This document shows positions 11,954 through 23,174 of a DNA stretch of 45,832 bases, piece after piece; the first letter of the stretch is position 1; each line of letters begins with the position of its first letter. A model generated the notes under the pieces. The model searched no databases. It was not told the origin of the DNA and saw only the letters and a list, made by a program, of their open reading frames with translations. Source of the DNA: Acanthaster planci (Eukaryota); the NCBI RefSeq assembly GCF_001949145.1, contig NW_019091361.1, positions 806,001 through 851,832 of the forward strand, read 5' to 3'. Both the position numbers and the translations under genes were made by a program.

Positions 11954-13029
11954 ACTTGGAATAAAGGATGAAACTTTTTGTTGTTTACTAATAAATAGAA
12001 ATGTTGACTTCATTGCCTGAAGTATTTTAAAGTAAAATATTGATACTTCTTTCAGTTTTTCGTTTTATCTTTGCTTCATCCTGTAACGGTAATGAGATCA
12101 CATTATGTGTATTCGGAAAATCAGGGACCATTATAAGTTTATTTAATGCTTCAATTTGCCAAAAAGTAGGGTTTTTCAGAGTTATTTCGTAGAGATCTAT
12201 TCCTTCGCAAGAGGCTTAGAATTTATTGTGGCATTGGAAACATTGCACAAGCACCCGTAAGTTCCCCCCCCCCTTTAGTTATTATGTATAGATGTAGTTG
12301 AGAACGAAATATATGTATATTTTGGCCTAGAGTATTTTTTCACCCCGGCCCCCTTGTTTGATGGAAACGTGTCTGAGGCTTTTGCTACACCAAAGAGTAG
12401 AGCGCCATGAGTCGAGTCTGTATGGAATTGATACGATTTCATCCTGGACTCGATCGTACAACTGTGCCATTGATGATCGTATTAGTGTTGCTCTCTACTT
12501 TGTACTTCGTTAGTCAGTAATTTGTTCATTTATTTTTCTCCTTTTTTATTCTGTTGAATCAGGAATTTGTAACTGCATGCTTTTTATGCGAGGGCGCTGT
12601 TGTCAAGAACCATTTCCCTTTATAGCATTGTGTTAAATCAATGTTGCACTGAACAACATGAATATTCACTGAGCACTGTTTCTCGCGTTTTATTTATATT
12701 TTAATCATGTGAACAAACGTAAATAGCAACGAAAATTGTGGGGGAAACCACACCTCTTAAATTGAACGTTTAAGTTGACTTGCAGTGAGTGAATCACTTA
12801 AAACAATCAATACCGGTAAACGACTTTGCTACAAAAGAAGGAAAGTGAAACTTGTTTGTATAAATTTGGTACATACAAAATTATGTATAATGCAATTTTA
12901 TATTGAGATGTATAAGGACAAAGCTTAAAAAGAACCCCGGTTCCCAGCAGGGACGGTACATTTGTAAAGCTCTTTGAACTGTCAGTGACCCCTTCAGCCC
13001 ATTTTCAGAATGTCAAAAGAGACCATTTA

Positions 13030-13500
13030 ACAGGATCTGTCCGTGTTATAGCGTTGGTGTGTGCACAGAATCTGTATCGACAGGCAGTGGAATAAATGAC
13101 TGTAATTGGAAAACTCCATGTTCATTTTGCTTGTCTGCTGATTGTATTCAGAAGGTGGTCCGACTTTAGATGTGTTATATGTCAGGGCGTAAGATGGACA
13201 GGGGCGGGACAGGGATATTACATGTAGTTTGTGCAGCAATTTGAAACTGGCGACTACGCTGCTTGGAACAAGTGCGCGTTCAATACCTCTCTCCAATTTC
13301 TAGACCTGCAAGGTGCTTCCATCTGGTTAATGGGGTGCGCCTAGGTGTCCAATTCATCAACAGGAGTGATCCGATACTGCAGTATATAATAAAGAAAATT
13401 TGAAGATTTTCCTTGTTCAAGTTTTAAAAAGAATGCCGCTGAGATTGAAGAGAATAGTATACCAAGCACCCCAATGCCCTAACTAAACAAATTAAAGCCA
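13030..13500 (-). mobile_element. Possible highly decayed LINE (CR1/L2-like) RT 3' fragment
   Basis: Faint minus-strand motifs only (GVLGILFSS..., KLLHKL..., SFIP), with many stops. Confidence 0.25.
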
Positions 13501-14814
13501 CCCATGACCGACACATCTACCTAGCCTTGGCCACTTCCAAGGTCGTGTACCCAAAACAACGGAGCTATGGAGTGAAGACCAGAATCAGCTTGTAGAATAC
13601 ACACACAAATTCAGAAGCTTCTCCAGACAGAATATCAGTGACCAGCCATTCGATTCGTTGTTACCTGACAGTCAACAGAGTTTAACAGAATGATCTAGAG
13701 GCGAGAAAGGAAACAACGTGATTTAAAGCAGTCCGTTCAAATAACGAAGCTTCATAATTTATTAAAATTATGAGAGAAGAGACTTACTGACTTCATTTTA
13801 ATACCAAAGACAAACAACTGACACAAATTTAATGACAGAAATTCTGATTTTTCAGGTCAGAACACTGAGCTCGATGAGCTCTAGTAACCAATTAAATTGT
13901 ACGGACACCACAAAGGATTTTCTTCCCCCATGGTTAGACACTCTCACAATGCATGTTCTTATTCCTCCGTATAGTTACGGGTACCTCCCCATTTAAAATC
14001 TCTGAATAATCTCCGGCAGGCTAAGCAGCTGCAGCCTATTTTCCTGTGGTGCCCCCTCGAAAAAAATGTGTACAACCCGGGTGCTCCCCCCCCCCTCGAA
14101 ATTAGCCCCAGTTACCCCACTGCTCCGCGGCATGATTGGCATTAGTACGGAAGCGTCTTGCGGAAGCGTACCGCTACCAAAGCGAAAAAAATTATTTTAT
14201 CTCGTTTAAACGAGATATCGACATGTAATAACCATGTCGTTTAAACGAGGTAATACTAGGTCCTTTACGTTGGGCAGCAATAAGCTTCCGTATATCAGAG
14301 ACCCGCCATCTGTGTTAAAAGGTTTACCTACGAGTAATACTACACTACGTGCCGGACGCACCAAAGCTTCACCGTACCAATATAATAACCACGGGCGTCT
14401 ATTTCTACCTCCATAATCATGCATACTATTGTACCCGCAGCTTGCTTCCATAAATCGACAGCCTGATCTATCATTTGACAATATGTCATCACACAGGAAA
14501 CCTCTCTTCAGGCATGACATCAGATAACAAGACACACAGACCCAGGAGGCGACATTGGTCACAATGCTGATGATATTCGTACGGGAAATTGCCTCAACAA
14601 TAACCGAACCATTCCAGGACGCATCAACGACCTCAATTTAACCTGAGGGGATACCGTGGAAAGCTTCGCGTTTTACACCTGACTCGGGATAATGAACTCG
14701 AACACGAAGTGTGAATACCAGTTGAACATCCCTCAAGCGTGTACATGAACACCGAGAGCATAAATAATTATCGGAGCTCGCCATTTGTTGTGCAACCCAG
14801 CAGCAGCAGCTAGC

Positions 14815-15663
14815 ATGGGAGCGTGCATCTGTCGTCCCTGCCATAACGAGAGCGGTATTCGTAGGGATTATAGGCCTCCATCGCACTGGATGTCAGATGT
14901 AAGTGATGACCGTTCGATGACCTGTTTGTCGATACCGGGAACACACGAGAGCTTGTGTCTGTACGGCGGGTGCAGTTTGCAGTGCCAGACGTGGTCTTTG
15001 ACGCGACAGTACGAGGCAGGTATTCGATTCGTCGACGTCCGCTGCCGACATGTTAACGACCAGCTGGTGGTGTACCACAGCTACGTCTACCAACATGCCA
15101 ATTTCGACGACGTCCTGAAGGCTACACTCGCTTTTTTGGACGCCCATTCTCAAGAAACCATTTTCATGCGCGTCAGGGCGGAGTACATCCCGGAGTACAA
15201 CACCCAATTGTTCCCAGTGGCAGTACAAATGTACATTGACCGCTACCCATCAGCGAAGTTCTGGAGCGGACAAACGTTCCCCACCATGAGCGAAATCAGA
15301 GGCAAAGTGATGATACTCCGGGACTATTATGGACTGGCTACGTTTGGCTTACCTTATGCTAAACTCGATATTGAGGATATGTTCGATGTTAGTACTCTCC
15401 TGCCAAAGGATATCGCCAGAAAACGGGAAAGTGTAAAACGTCATCTCGAAAAAGCAATACGGGGACCGCCTTCCACTATGTACCTCACATACAGCAGTGG
15501 AACAGGAACCTTTGCTTGGCCAGTCGCAGTTGCCCGTAAGATCAACAAATTTCTTTGTGACTTCTTAGGCAGGCGCATCGGAAAAGACAAACTTGGGATC
15601 ATTGCAATGGATTTCCCAAGTTCTGAACTCATCGGCAAAATAATAGACTCTAACTTTGAATAA
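14815..15663 (+). CDS. Bacterial-type phosphatidylinositol-specific phospholipase C (PI-PLC X domain; 1-phosphatidylinositol phosphodiesterase-like), 282 aa, intronless CDS
   Basis: ATG in good context (agcATGG). Motifs WM...LSIPGTHES, QCQTWSL..QYEAGIRFVDVR, VYH, ETIFMR, EIRGKV, IED and LGIIAMDFP correspond to the Bacillus/Listeria PI-PLC catalytic residues (His32, Asp67/Arg69, His82, Asp198, Asp274 equivalents). Stop TAA at 15661-15663. Confidence 0.93.
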   Translation: MGACICRPCHNESGIRRDYRPPSHWMSDVSDDRSMTCLSIPGTHESLCLYGGCSLQCQTWSLTRQYEAGIRFVDVRCRHVNDQLVVYHSYVYQHANFDDVLKATLAFLDAHSQETIFMRVRAEYIPEYNTQLFPVAVQMYIDRYPSAKFWSGQTFPTMSEIRGKVMILRDYYGLATFGLPYAKLDIEDMFDVSTLLPKDIARKRESVKRHLEKAIRGPPSTMYLTYSSGTGTFAWPVAVARKINKFLCDFLGRRIGKDKLGIIAMDFPSSELIGKIIDSNFE

Positions 15664-18600
15664 GGTTTCTAGTTGGTTTGCAAAAAAAAAAAAGAAGAAA
15701 ATGTACCTTTAATGTGAATGTTATAGGAAGAATTCAAAGATGCTTCGGAAAAAATGTATGAAGTTAATGATATTGTCAAGGACCGTGTGAGAAGTTTCGT
15801 GCGAATAGACTGATTTTGGTCAATCACACGTAACTCAGAACTTTTGGAGATATCAGAATGGTTCGTGTTTATGTTGTAACTTACAGCCCAACACTTTCAA
15901 AAGATGAATCATTAAATACACATAGAAAGAAATTCTACTTAAGTGAATGGGAAACTGAAAATGTTCCATCACAAATTACACTAAACATTTATTTCTTAAA
16001 TATCATGTTTGATCCCCCCCACACGTAAGGGGCAGAGCTGGGGTGTTATCCAACTTGACTCATTACAAAAGAGATGAGGTTACAGAACCCCAACTAGCAA
16101 CTCCTTTATATCGAAACAATTGACAAAAACACAAATGGCAACTGGTGACGCCTATATGAATCTTTTGTATGTGAACCGGTTGACGTCTTGACGCGCTACA
16201 AAATTTTACCAGGGCAGTTGAAAAACGGCTAACAGAAGAACTCATGGAGAAAAAATAAAGTACTGATGTCTAAACTCAAAAGTTGTGCCTCCTTAAACAT
16301 TTTATGGGCGTCAGAATAATTTGCGAAAAAACCGCATCCAGCAGCTTTTTCTGGGGAAAAAATCGATATTAACTGGCTATGTTTTGGTCGGTGTAAACTG
16401 AGTACTTTTGGAGGAACTTTATTTCAGAAATTATCACTCCTAAGCCCGCGGTGCCTCGGTATAAACGTACGGGGCGTCACAGTGCAGTGTGCAGTTTTGC
16501 TGCCCGTCGTACCTCGAGTTGAAGAAAACATCCCCTACTAGCGGTGCTGACATTGTGTGATCCAATCCCGACCCCCCCCGGAAACAGGTTTAGATGATTT
16601 TATGGACCCCCCCCCCGAACTCGGCTGTGCCTCGGTCGATTTTTTGGAAACTTGGCATGCATGTGTAAAGGCTCTGGATGGGTAATTACAATTAATGTGA
16701 AGTTTGAACTCAATCACCACGTTTTGGGCTGACCCATCTCGGGACATGCGCACTGAGCCAGTACGGTATGTCCAGTTTTCACAGAATTTGGTGTCAAAAT
16801 GACCGCAAAGAGTTACTCTAAAAACTCATCTCCTGAAAAAAATGTACTGCGGTGATATCGGGACAAATAGGGGCCGGATTTCCCCAGCTCTTTCAGGGTT
16901 AATCAGATAAAGAGATGTAGTCGTTTTAGAATTGTCTCAGTTTTCCTACAAGAAAAAAAAACTGGATGGTTATGTATACAGAAGGCATGTAATTTTCTTA
17001 AACAGTAGCGCGTATCGAGGTTGAGTCCGAAGGAAAAGGGCAATTATTTTTGTCTGAACTGATTTTTCTTATTGTAAAAGAGCTCCCCTCTTAAATGAGG
17101 TACTGGAAGCGTTTCTGAAAATGTTTTGGCCCTTTCTGTTCTATTTGCCAAAAAGGTTGCGGCAACCTGGGGCAATACGTTGAGCTCACGACTCCGACAA
17201 TTCAGGTGCTCGTACTTTCGAATTCTTCGCAAAGGTTTTCAAGCAAAAGTCAATGTGACATATCGCTTGGCAAAGTGTAAGCTAGAGCTTTTACAGAGGA
17301 ATTTATTGTTTCCCCCTGTCGCCTACTTAATTGAGCTGTAAACTGTGAAAGTATTCGATGGAGTTAACGCCCTCCAGTGTCTAATATATAAAGGAGTAAT
17401 TTCTTCGCGGCATGACATGACGCCATTTTTTTAAAGTTAAAATCTTATCCAGCTAATACCCTGGATCACATTTCCTAATTACAATCAAAGTAGTAATTGC
17501 GGATCATCTAAAGAGGGAAAGCTGACGTAATATTCACAGCAAACATATAAACACAGACGTCAAAGGTGCAACACAAAGTAACTATGACACAAGAAGAAAA
17601 ATTCCTTTCCAAAGTTACTATATGTACTGGAAGCCAGGCTGTAAGAAATAAAGCAAGTGAAGTCATCCTCAGGGACGAGGTTGATTCGATTAGTCGTCAA
17701 GTTATTCGCTCCGAGCAGAACATAAGAGGGCGTGTTTTTTGGTATTTTTTGGCATTGATCTCTATAATGGAGATCAATGGTACTCACCCATTGATTTCCA
17801 TTTTATCCATTACATATAATGGAGATCAATGTACTCACCGCATATACTTGCGCGCCATGAGGCGCCCAAGTATATGCGCGTTTGACGCGGAACACGCTGA
17901 GTGCGCGTAACTAATTTATCCCGGCATGTACGTGTATGATTTTTGCGTACGCGCAGAACGCGTGCAAGAACCCGCTTATAACCACCTGTCCTTTTTTTGG
18001 CGATTAGAGTGCACTTCAGCTCGGGGCAGATATGGCCTCTGCCCCGAGTGCTTGCCAACAGTACCCCGGCTTGTAACAGGGTGTGCCGGGTGCACATGGG
18101 TAACCTCGAGACGCCCAGGCAATAACGCAGTGCAATAACTAAGGGACCAAGGATGGACAGACTCGAACCATGGTTTCCGAGGCACATTTAGCGGGGGAAG
18201 CAGAACTTCAAGTTTGTTTATGTGACCTTGTACAGATTTTCTTTATAGGGATAAGGCTAATGGGGGGCGTTTTCCACGCTTTGGGAAGACAAAGAAAAGT
18301 AATCACCTTTCTCTCCTTAATAAAAAAGAGGTTTTTTCACTCAGAGGAGGGTCAGAGGAGGGCATGGCCCTCGTTACCCCCTGCTAATGGGAGGAAGCAA
18401 GATGGCTTCAATATTTCAAAATGGAAAAAACATTTTAGAGTCAAAACTAAGGTATCTCCAAAAAGCCGTATAATAACCTAATTAATGGAAATATCTCTTG
18501 AATCCATCTATTAACACACCACACATTGAAAAAAAATGGAAGATTAAGACCCTTTATTTGATGTGTCTTCAACACCTGATGAATTTAGGTATTCGTCAAG

Positions 18601-20380
18601 GTTTTCTAAACAACTTGCTCACTATAGTCTGAAGCCCCAAAACATTTTTGACAATAAATGAGAGATATCTAATTTTTGATCTGTTATCCTTCCCCCTGCT
18701 TTCCAGAAGCGTGTAAAAAGCACCAAATTGTAACATCAACCCTCAGACAGGCAATACAAAATTCAAAGCTTTTGAACCCCGAAAAACAGTTTGCCTACCC
18801 CCCCTCCGAAAATTTGGTTTGGATCTGCCCCTGCGTCTGTCCCGTGTCTTGCACAATTTATGCACCGAAACTTGTTTACAATCTACGTACAGGACTATTC
18901 AGCTTATTATTCTTAATAATATGTGCCTAAATGATGTGTACGTAGGTGACACCTTACTCACACATCATGTACCTGATGACTTTTTAATGCATGTTCAACC
19001 ATGGAAGTGAACGTAGCCTAGCCGGGTAGAAGATCTAACATCTTGTGATGGTATCACATTAAGTTTGCTTATCATCCAGTCTTCATGTGGTACTTGCGTA
19101 AGGACAGGCCCAGAAGTAAATACGGGGGGAGGGGGCTTGTTTTGGGGGCCTAAAAATGGATTTTTTTAGGTAGCCTTTTATGGCCTTTCTGAAGGAATTG
19201 CTAAATTTGGAAGCTTTTGCACGCTTTTTCAAAGACGGAAATGAAATAGGCCCGAAAATTAACCGTTCTCATCATAAAACCAATCTTTTTTTGATTTAGG
19301 GTCCTTTGCCCCCGGAGACACACACACTCAGATTCGGGCACTTTCATTTCTAATTTCTAGACCACCACAAATTTTGACCACCATTGTGCCAATAACGTTT
19401 CCAGAAAATTCAGCCTTGGTTGGCAACAATTTCTGCTTCAAAATGCCCATTTTACATATCTGTCTTATAAATTGGGAGACAATTCTATTTTGCAGTCAAT
19501 ACAAATACATGTACATGTATCTACTATTTTACTGTAATAGTGTTTTAATATTTGCATAAGATTTTTAATACTTTTTATAAACTGTTCTTTTGGTTTTGTA
19601 CGTGCGGCCACCTATAGTTTTGCAACAATGGCTGGCCAAAACAAGTGCTTTTGACCTAGCAAAACAAAGATCTGTTGCGGGTTTCTGCAGCGTGAACCGA
19701 ACGTGCATTTGTCTTGCGGGATGCCTCGTGGGTGATTGCTTCAAGTTCACTGAACATCCATTACATTTAACAAGTGTGAAAGAGAAGCGTTGCGAAACTG
19801 TAAATCAATTCACTCTGTCGGGCAATAATTAAACAACTGTAACTACACTGTAAGAAAGAGAAGGGTATTTCGTTATTCAGCTTCACTGTGCAGAAATCAT
19901 CGCTTTTAGTTAGAAGAGATGTTAATGTGGGGGGAGGGACGCACAGGGCTGGGGCACGTGCCCCAATGGAGGTCCATGCTCCCGGGTATTCCCACACTGA
20001 ATCTTTGAAATGTACACAGCGTATAATAAAATATGCACGAGCCGCAATTAATCAGCTTTTGTGCACCCTTGAAATAATGCCCGCATCCCTCAGGTTCCCC
20101 CTACCAAATGTCAACCTACTTAATTACGCCTCTGTTCATTAGTATACCTTTGAGCCCCGAAAGGGGATCATATCAAAACCTAACATCATACACCTTGACT
20201 GTTTTCACTAGCATCTCTGTAAATCAGAATGTATTGTGGGCAAGACGGTATTGTTGGGTTCGGCAATTAAGACTTGAAACTTTGCATGGTGGAAGGTACA
20301 TGAGATTTTTGCTTGTGAGTACACCATAGAATAAATCTCTTTTGGATGAGGTGTGGTTCTTAGAAGAATCAGTAAGTGTT

Positions 20381-20425
20381 AACTCGACGTTTCGGCCAGA
20401 CTCTCTGGCCGTCCTCTAGAGAGTG
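20381..20425 (-). ncRNA. Degenerate minimal hammerhead ribozyme motif of the Penelope-like element
   Basis: Minus strand reads actct-CTAGAGGA-c-GGCCAGA gag TCTGGCC-GAAACGTC-gagt. That is a CUGANGA-like box (mutated), a 7-bp stem II, GAAA and a palindromic ACGU stem III. Confidence 0.45.
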
Positions 20426-20494
20426 TGCCAGACTCGGTTGTTGTCTTAATGGCGCTTTCAGCTACTAAAGCTATTTGTGCCAGTAACTATACGT

Positions 20495-20702
20495 TTATTC
20501 TTAACCTTTATTAATCAGCATCACATGACGGAGTTAGGAAGAAGGTCCAGTTTTTAGAGGCAGGAGGAAACCAGAGAAAACCTGTGAGAGCGAGTATGGA
20601 CTGGAAACAAAATGCACTTAAAGCCAGGGCCAAGCCGGGACTTAAAGCTGGGCCTCAATGGTGCAAAGCCAGGAAAGAACCACTCAGCTAACCCGCTCCC
20701 CC
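20495..20702 (-). mobile_element. tRNA-derived SINE with V-SINE-like core, inserted in the Penelope-like element (copy 1)
   Basis: Minus: A box TAGCTGAGTGG, degenerate B box, core ggttttctctggtttcctcc, A-rich tail. The homolog at ~34480-34675 has a clearer B box, GGTTGGAGTCC. Confidence 0.65.
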
Positions 20703-23083
20703 GATGCCGGACTCAAATGGAGATAAAAGTAATTTGGAGGCGGTGGAGCATGAAGTGGTAGTCGCGGGTTGGGTAACTGCTGTGTGTGCGTGGGCATGAA
20801 GGTGTTGGATCCTGTGGTGGTGCGGGGATGCAGAAATGGCGGGAAACCTTGAGTTCGGGAATAGGGGACCCTTATGCCAAAGGGGAGAGGTGGTGATGTG
20901 GCTTCGGGTAGAGAAGACCCTAACACCTGGGGTGGTTGGTATGGGTTTCGGATATAGGGGACCCTACTGCCCGGGTTGGGTGTCGTTTTGAGGTGCTAGT
21001 AGTGTGCATGGTCGGAGATCACGAAGGGCTTCAAGTTCTGGCTTCGTGAGGTTGCAATGGACTTAGTCGGTTTGGCGTGGCGAAGGGCGTGGCAGATCTT
21101 GACGCGGCTGTCATCGGCCGTGGTCGTGTCAAGCTTGCGTAGTGCTGGTTGCGTGGCTTTGATGATGTCGACTAAGGGGATGAAGTGTGATGGAGTGGCG
21201 AAGTTCATGCCTAGGGACAGGACATCCGTCTCTGCGGATGACAGAGTGCGTTGGCTGAGGCTAACGACGGTGTAACTGCGGATTTCGTCTTGGCTACGGA
21301 GGTGGGCTAGGCTGAGAGGGGCGTAGATGACAATCACCTTCGAGATATATAGAAGGTCCTTTAGGCTCAACCTATTGGAAAAGATAAATAGATGATCTCA
21401 TTTTCCGGTAGGAAATGGGGTGCGCGGGTTGTGTAACTGCTGCGCGTGCACATGGGATCTCCTATATCTCCGGTCCTAGCTAACATCTTCATGGAAGAAT
21501 TCGAAACGTCATCACTCCTCACCGCCGACCCCAAACCCTCCCTATGTTCATCAGCCTTTCCAAGCCCAAGGGCGATAGGGTCTTCATATGACTGCGCTGT
21601 GTTGACGACACATTGGTCATATTGCGCCATGGACAAGGTCACCTCCAAGAATTCCTCGAGTATCTCAACCAGCACACCCACCATAAGGTTCACCGAGAGA
21701 AAGACCAACAACCCTCCCTCCTGAATGTCCACCTGTCCAGGAACCCAGACGGCAACCTCAACCACCGTGTCCACAGCTAGCCCATCCACACCGGTCGGTA
21801 CCTGCACCAGAGATCCTTCCACCACCGAGCCATCAAAACCTCAGTCAACCGCACCCTCGTCCGTAGAGACTTCGAGATCTGTGACCAGAGCAACCTGCGC
21901 CAAGAACTCCAGCACATCAAGACCACCCTGCAAATGAACGGGTACCACCACAAGCGCATCAGTCTTTCCAAGCCCCCTTCCAAGGGCGCTAGGTTCTCCT
22001 ATACCCAAAGCCCCCTCTTCTCCAGCGGCGTTATGGTCGCCTATACCAGAAGCCCCCCCCCCACAGTATGTCTACCGTACCTGGGCCCCACTTCCCACCC
22101 ACTCCATAGTATCCTGCACTCGACCAACATCTTAGTCTATCACTCGGCACTCAACAAGCTGCAGTCTGTACTCTACACCCCAAGGACAAGCACCCACCCA
22201 GCAGTCGCCCCGGTGTTTATCGCATTCCATGTAAATGCGGCCAAGCAGACATCGGAGAAACCGGCAGGAACCCTCCCCACCAGGCTCCAAGAGCACCGCG
22301 TGCAAGGCCATCGTCAAACATGCATACTCCTCGGACCACCGCATAAAGGAGGACGATACGCCCATGCGCAGCAAACTGAAAAACCATAAACAGTGGACGG
22401 GGTCAATTCTGAGGTATTTTCAAATTGATGATTATAATGAATGATTCTTTATCAATGCAGGTAACAAACAGGAACAGTTGGCAATCTGGCAGCGCAAGTC
22501 GGTGCCCCATCCACCCTTGGCCACTCAACTGTGCGGGGCGTACAGTTAAAAAAAGGAAAGACATGCAATCACGCTGAATTTGCCATTTTGAAAATTGGAA
22601 CGAAAGTTTCCTGCATATTCAATTACCAATGTCAATTTATTTCAATTTCTACACACTAGTGCAACTACCTGTACTTGGATGCGCTGATACCGTGAACTTG
22701 TCAAAAGTTATTGACCCCCGAGGAGTGGCCTACGTGGAGTACACAGTGCTGGGGGCACTCAGTGGATTTGGTCACGGTTCAAACGCTGACCCAGGATGAT
22801 TTTCTGAGAAAGCGCCCGGGTCTCAAGCGGGGAGGGGGCGCTCCCCTTCCCCATCTTACGCCACCATGTGCTGTCAATAATGAAAGCGACAAATGCACGT
22901 CCGAAGAAAGAAGACTTTGAAGTGATTTTTTAATTGCAGTTTGATGTCTTTACGAGCAAAAAGGGCTTAACTGAACACTGTCAAGGTTGTTACTGATTAG
23001 TTGAAGAGACCGTTTAGGAGGTTTGTTACCGCCATATCAAATTAATATCTAATCAACCTTTGATAATGCTCCAAGCAGGCCTG

Positions 23084-23174
23084 GACGTCACCAATATTTA
23101 AGATGCAAAGTGGACGAGTAAAGCACACTCGCTCCGCCAGCAAACCTCAGCTTGAAGATCTGCGACAGGTAAGT
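23084..23174 (+). promoter_or_regulatory. Candidate promoter and non-coding first exon of GPCR copy 1
   Basis: CRE-like GACGTCA at 23084-23090, CCAAT at 23091-23095, TATTTAA at 23095-23101. An ATG-free ~45 nt stretch then ends in a perfect CAG|GTAAGT donor at 23169, which could splice to the AG at 24298-24299. Conserved in copy 2. Confidence 0.5.

Larger units (their letters stand above)
20330..22345. mobile_element. Decayed, rearranged Penelope-like retroelement (copy 1): N-terminal part on minus strand, RT C-terminus and GIY-YIG on plus strand
   Basis: Minus 21370-20996: VVSLSQRTLSSAETDVLSLGMNFA. Plus: MGSPISPVLANIFMEEFE, LRCVDDT, NGY, VCLPY, and PGVYRIPCKCGQADIGETGR (GIY-YIG). Many frameshifts. 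Confidence 0.85.

Noticed and set aside
14785..14814. TTG start for the PI-PLC given by the ORF track
   Set aside because: Eukaryotic locus; the ATG at 14815 has good context and yields an MG N-terminus.
15682..15702. A-tract after the PI-PLC stop as a retrocopy poly(A) tail
   Set aside because: Only ~18 nt after the stop, with no upstream AATAAA and no target-site duplication found. A-runs are common in this window.
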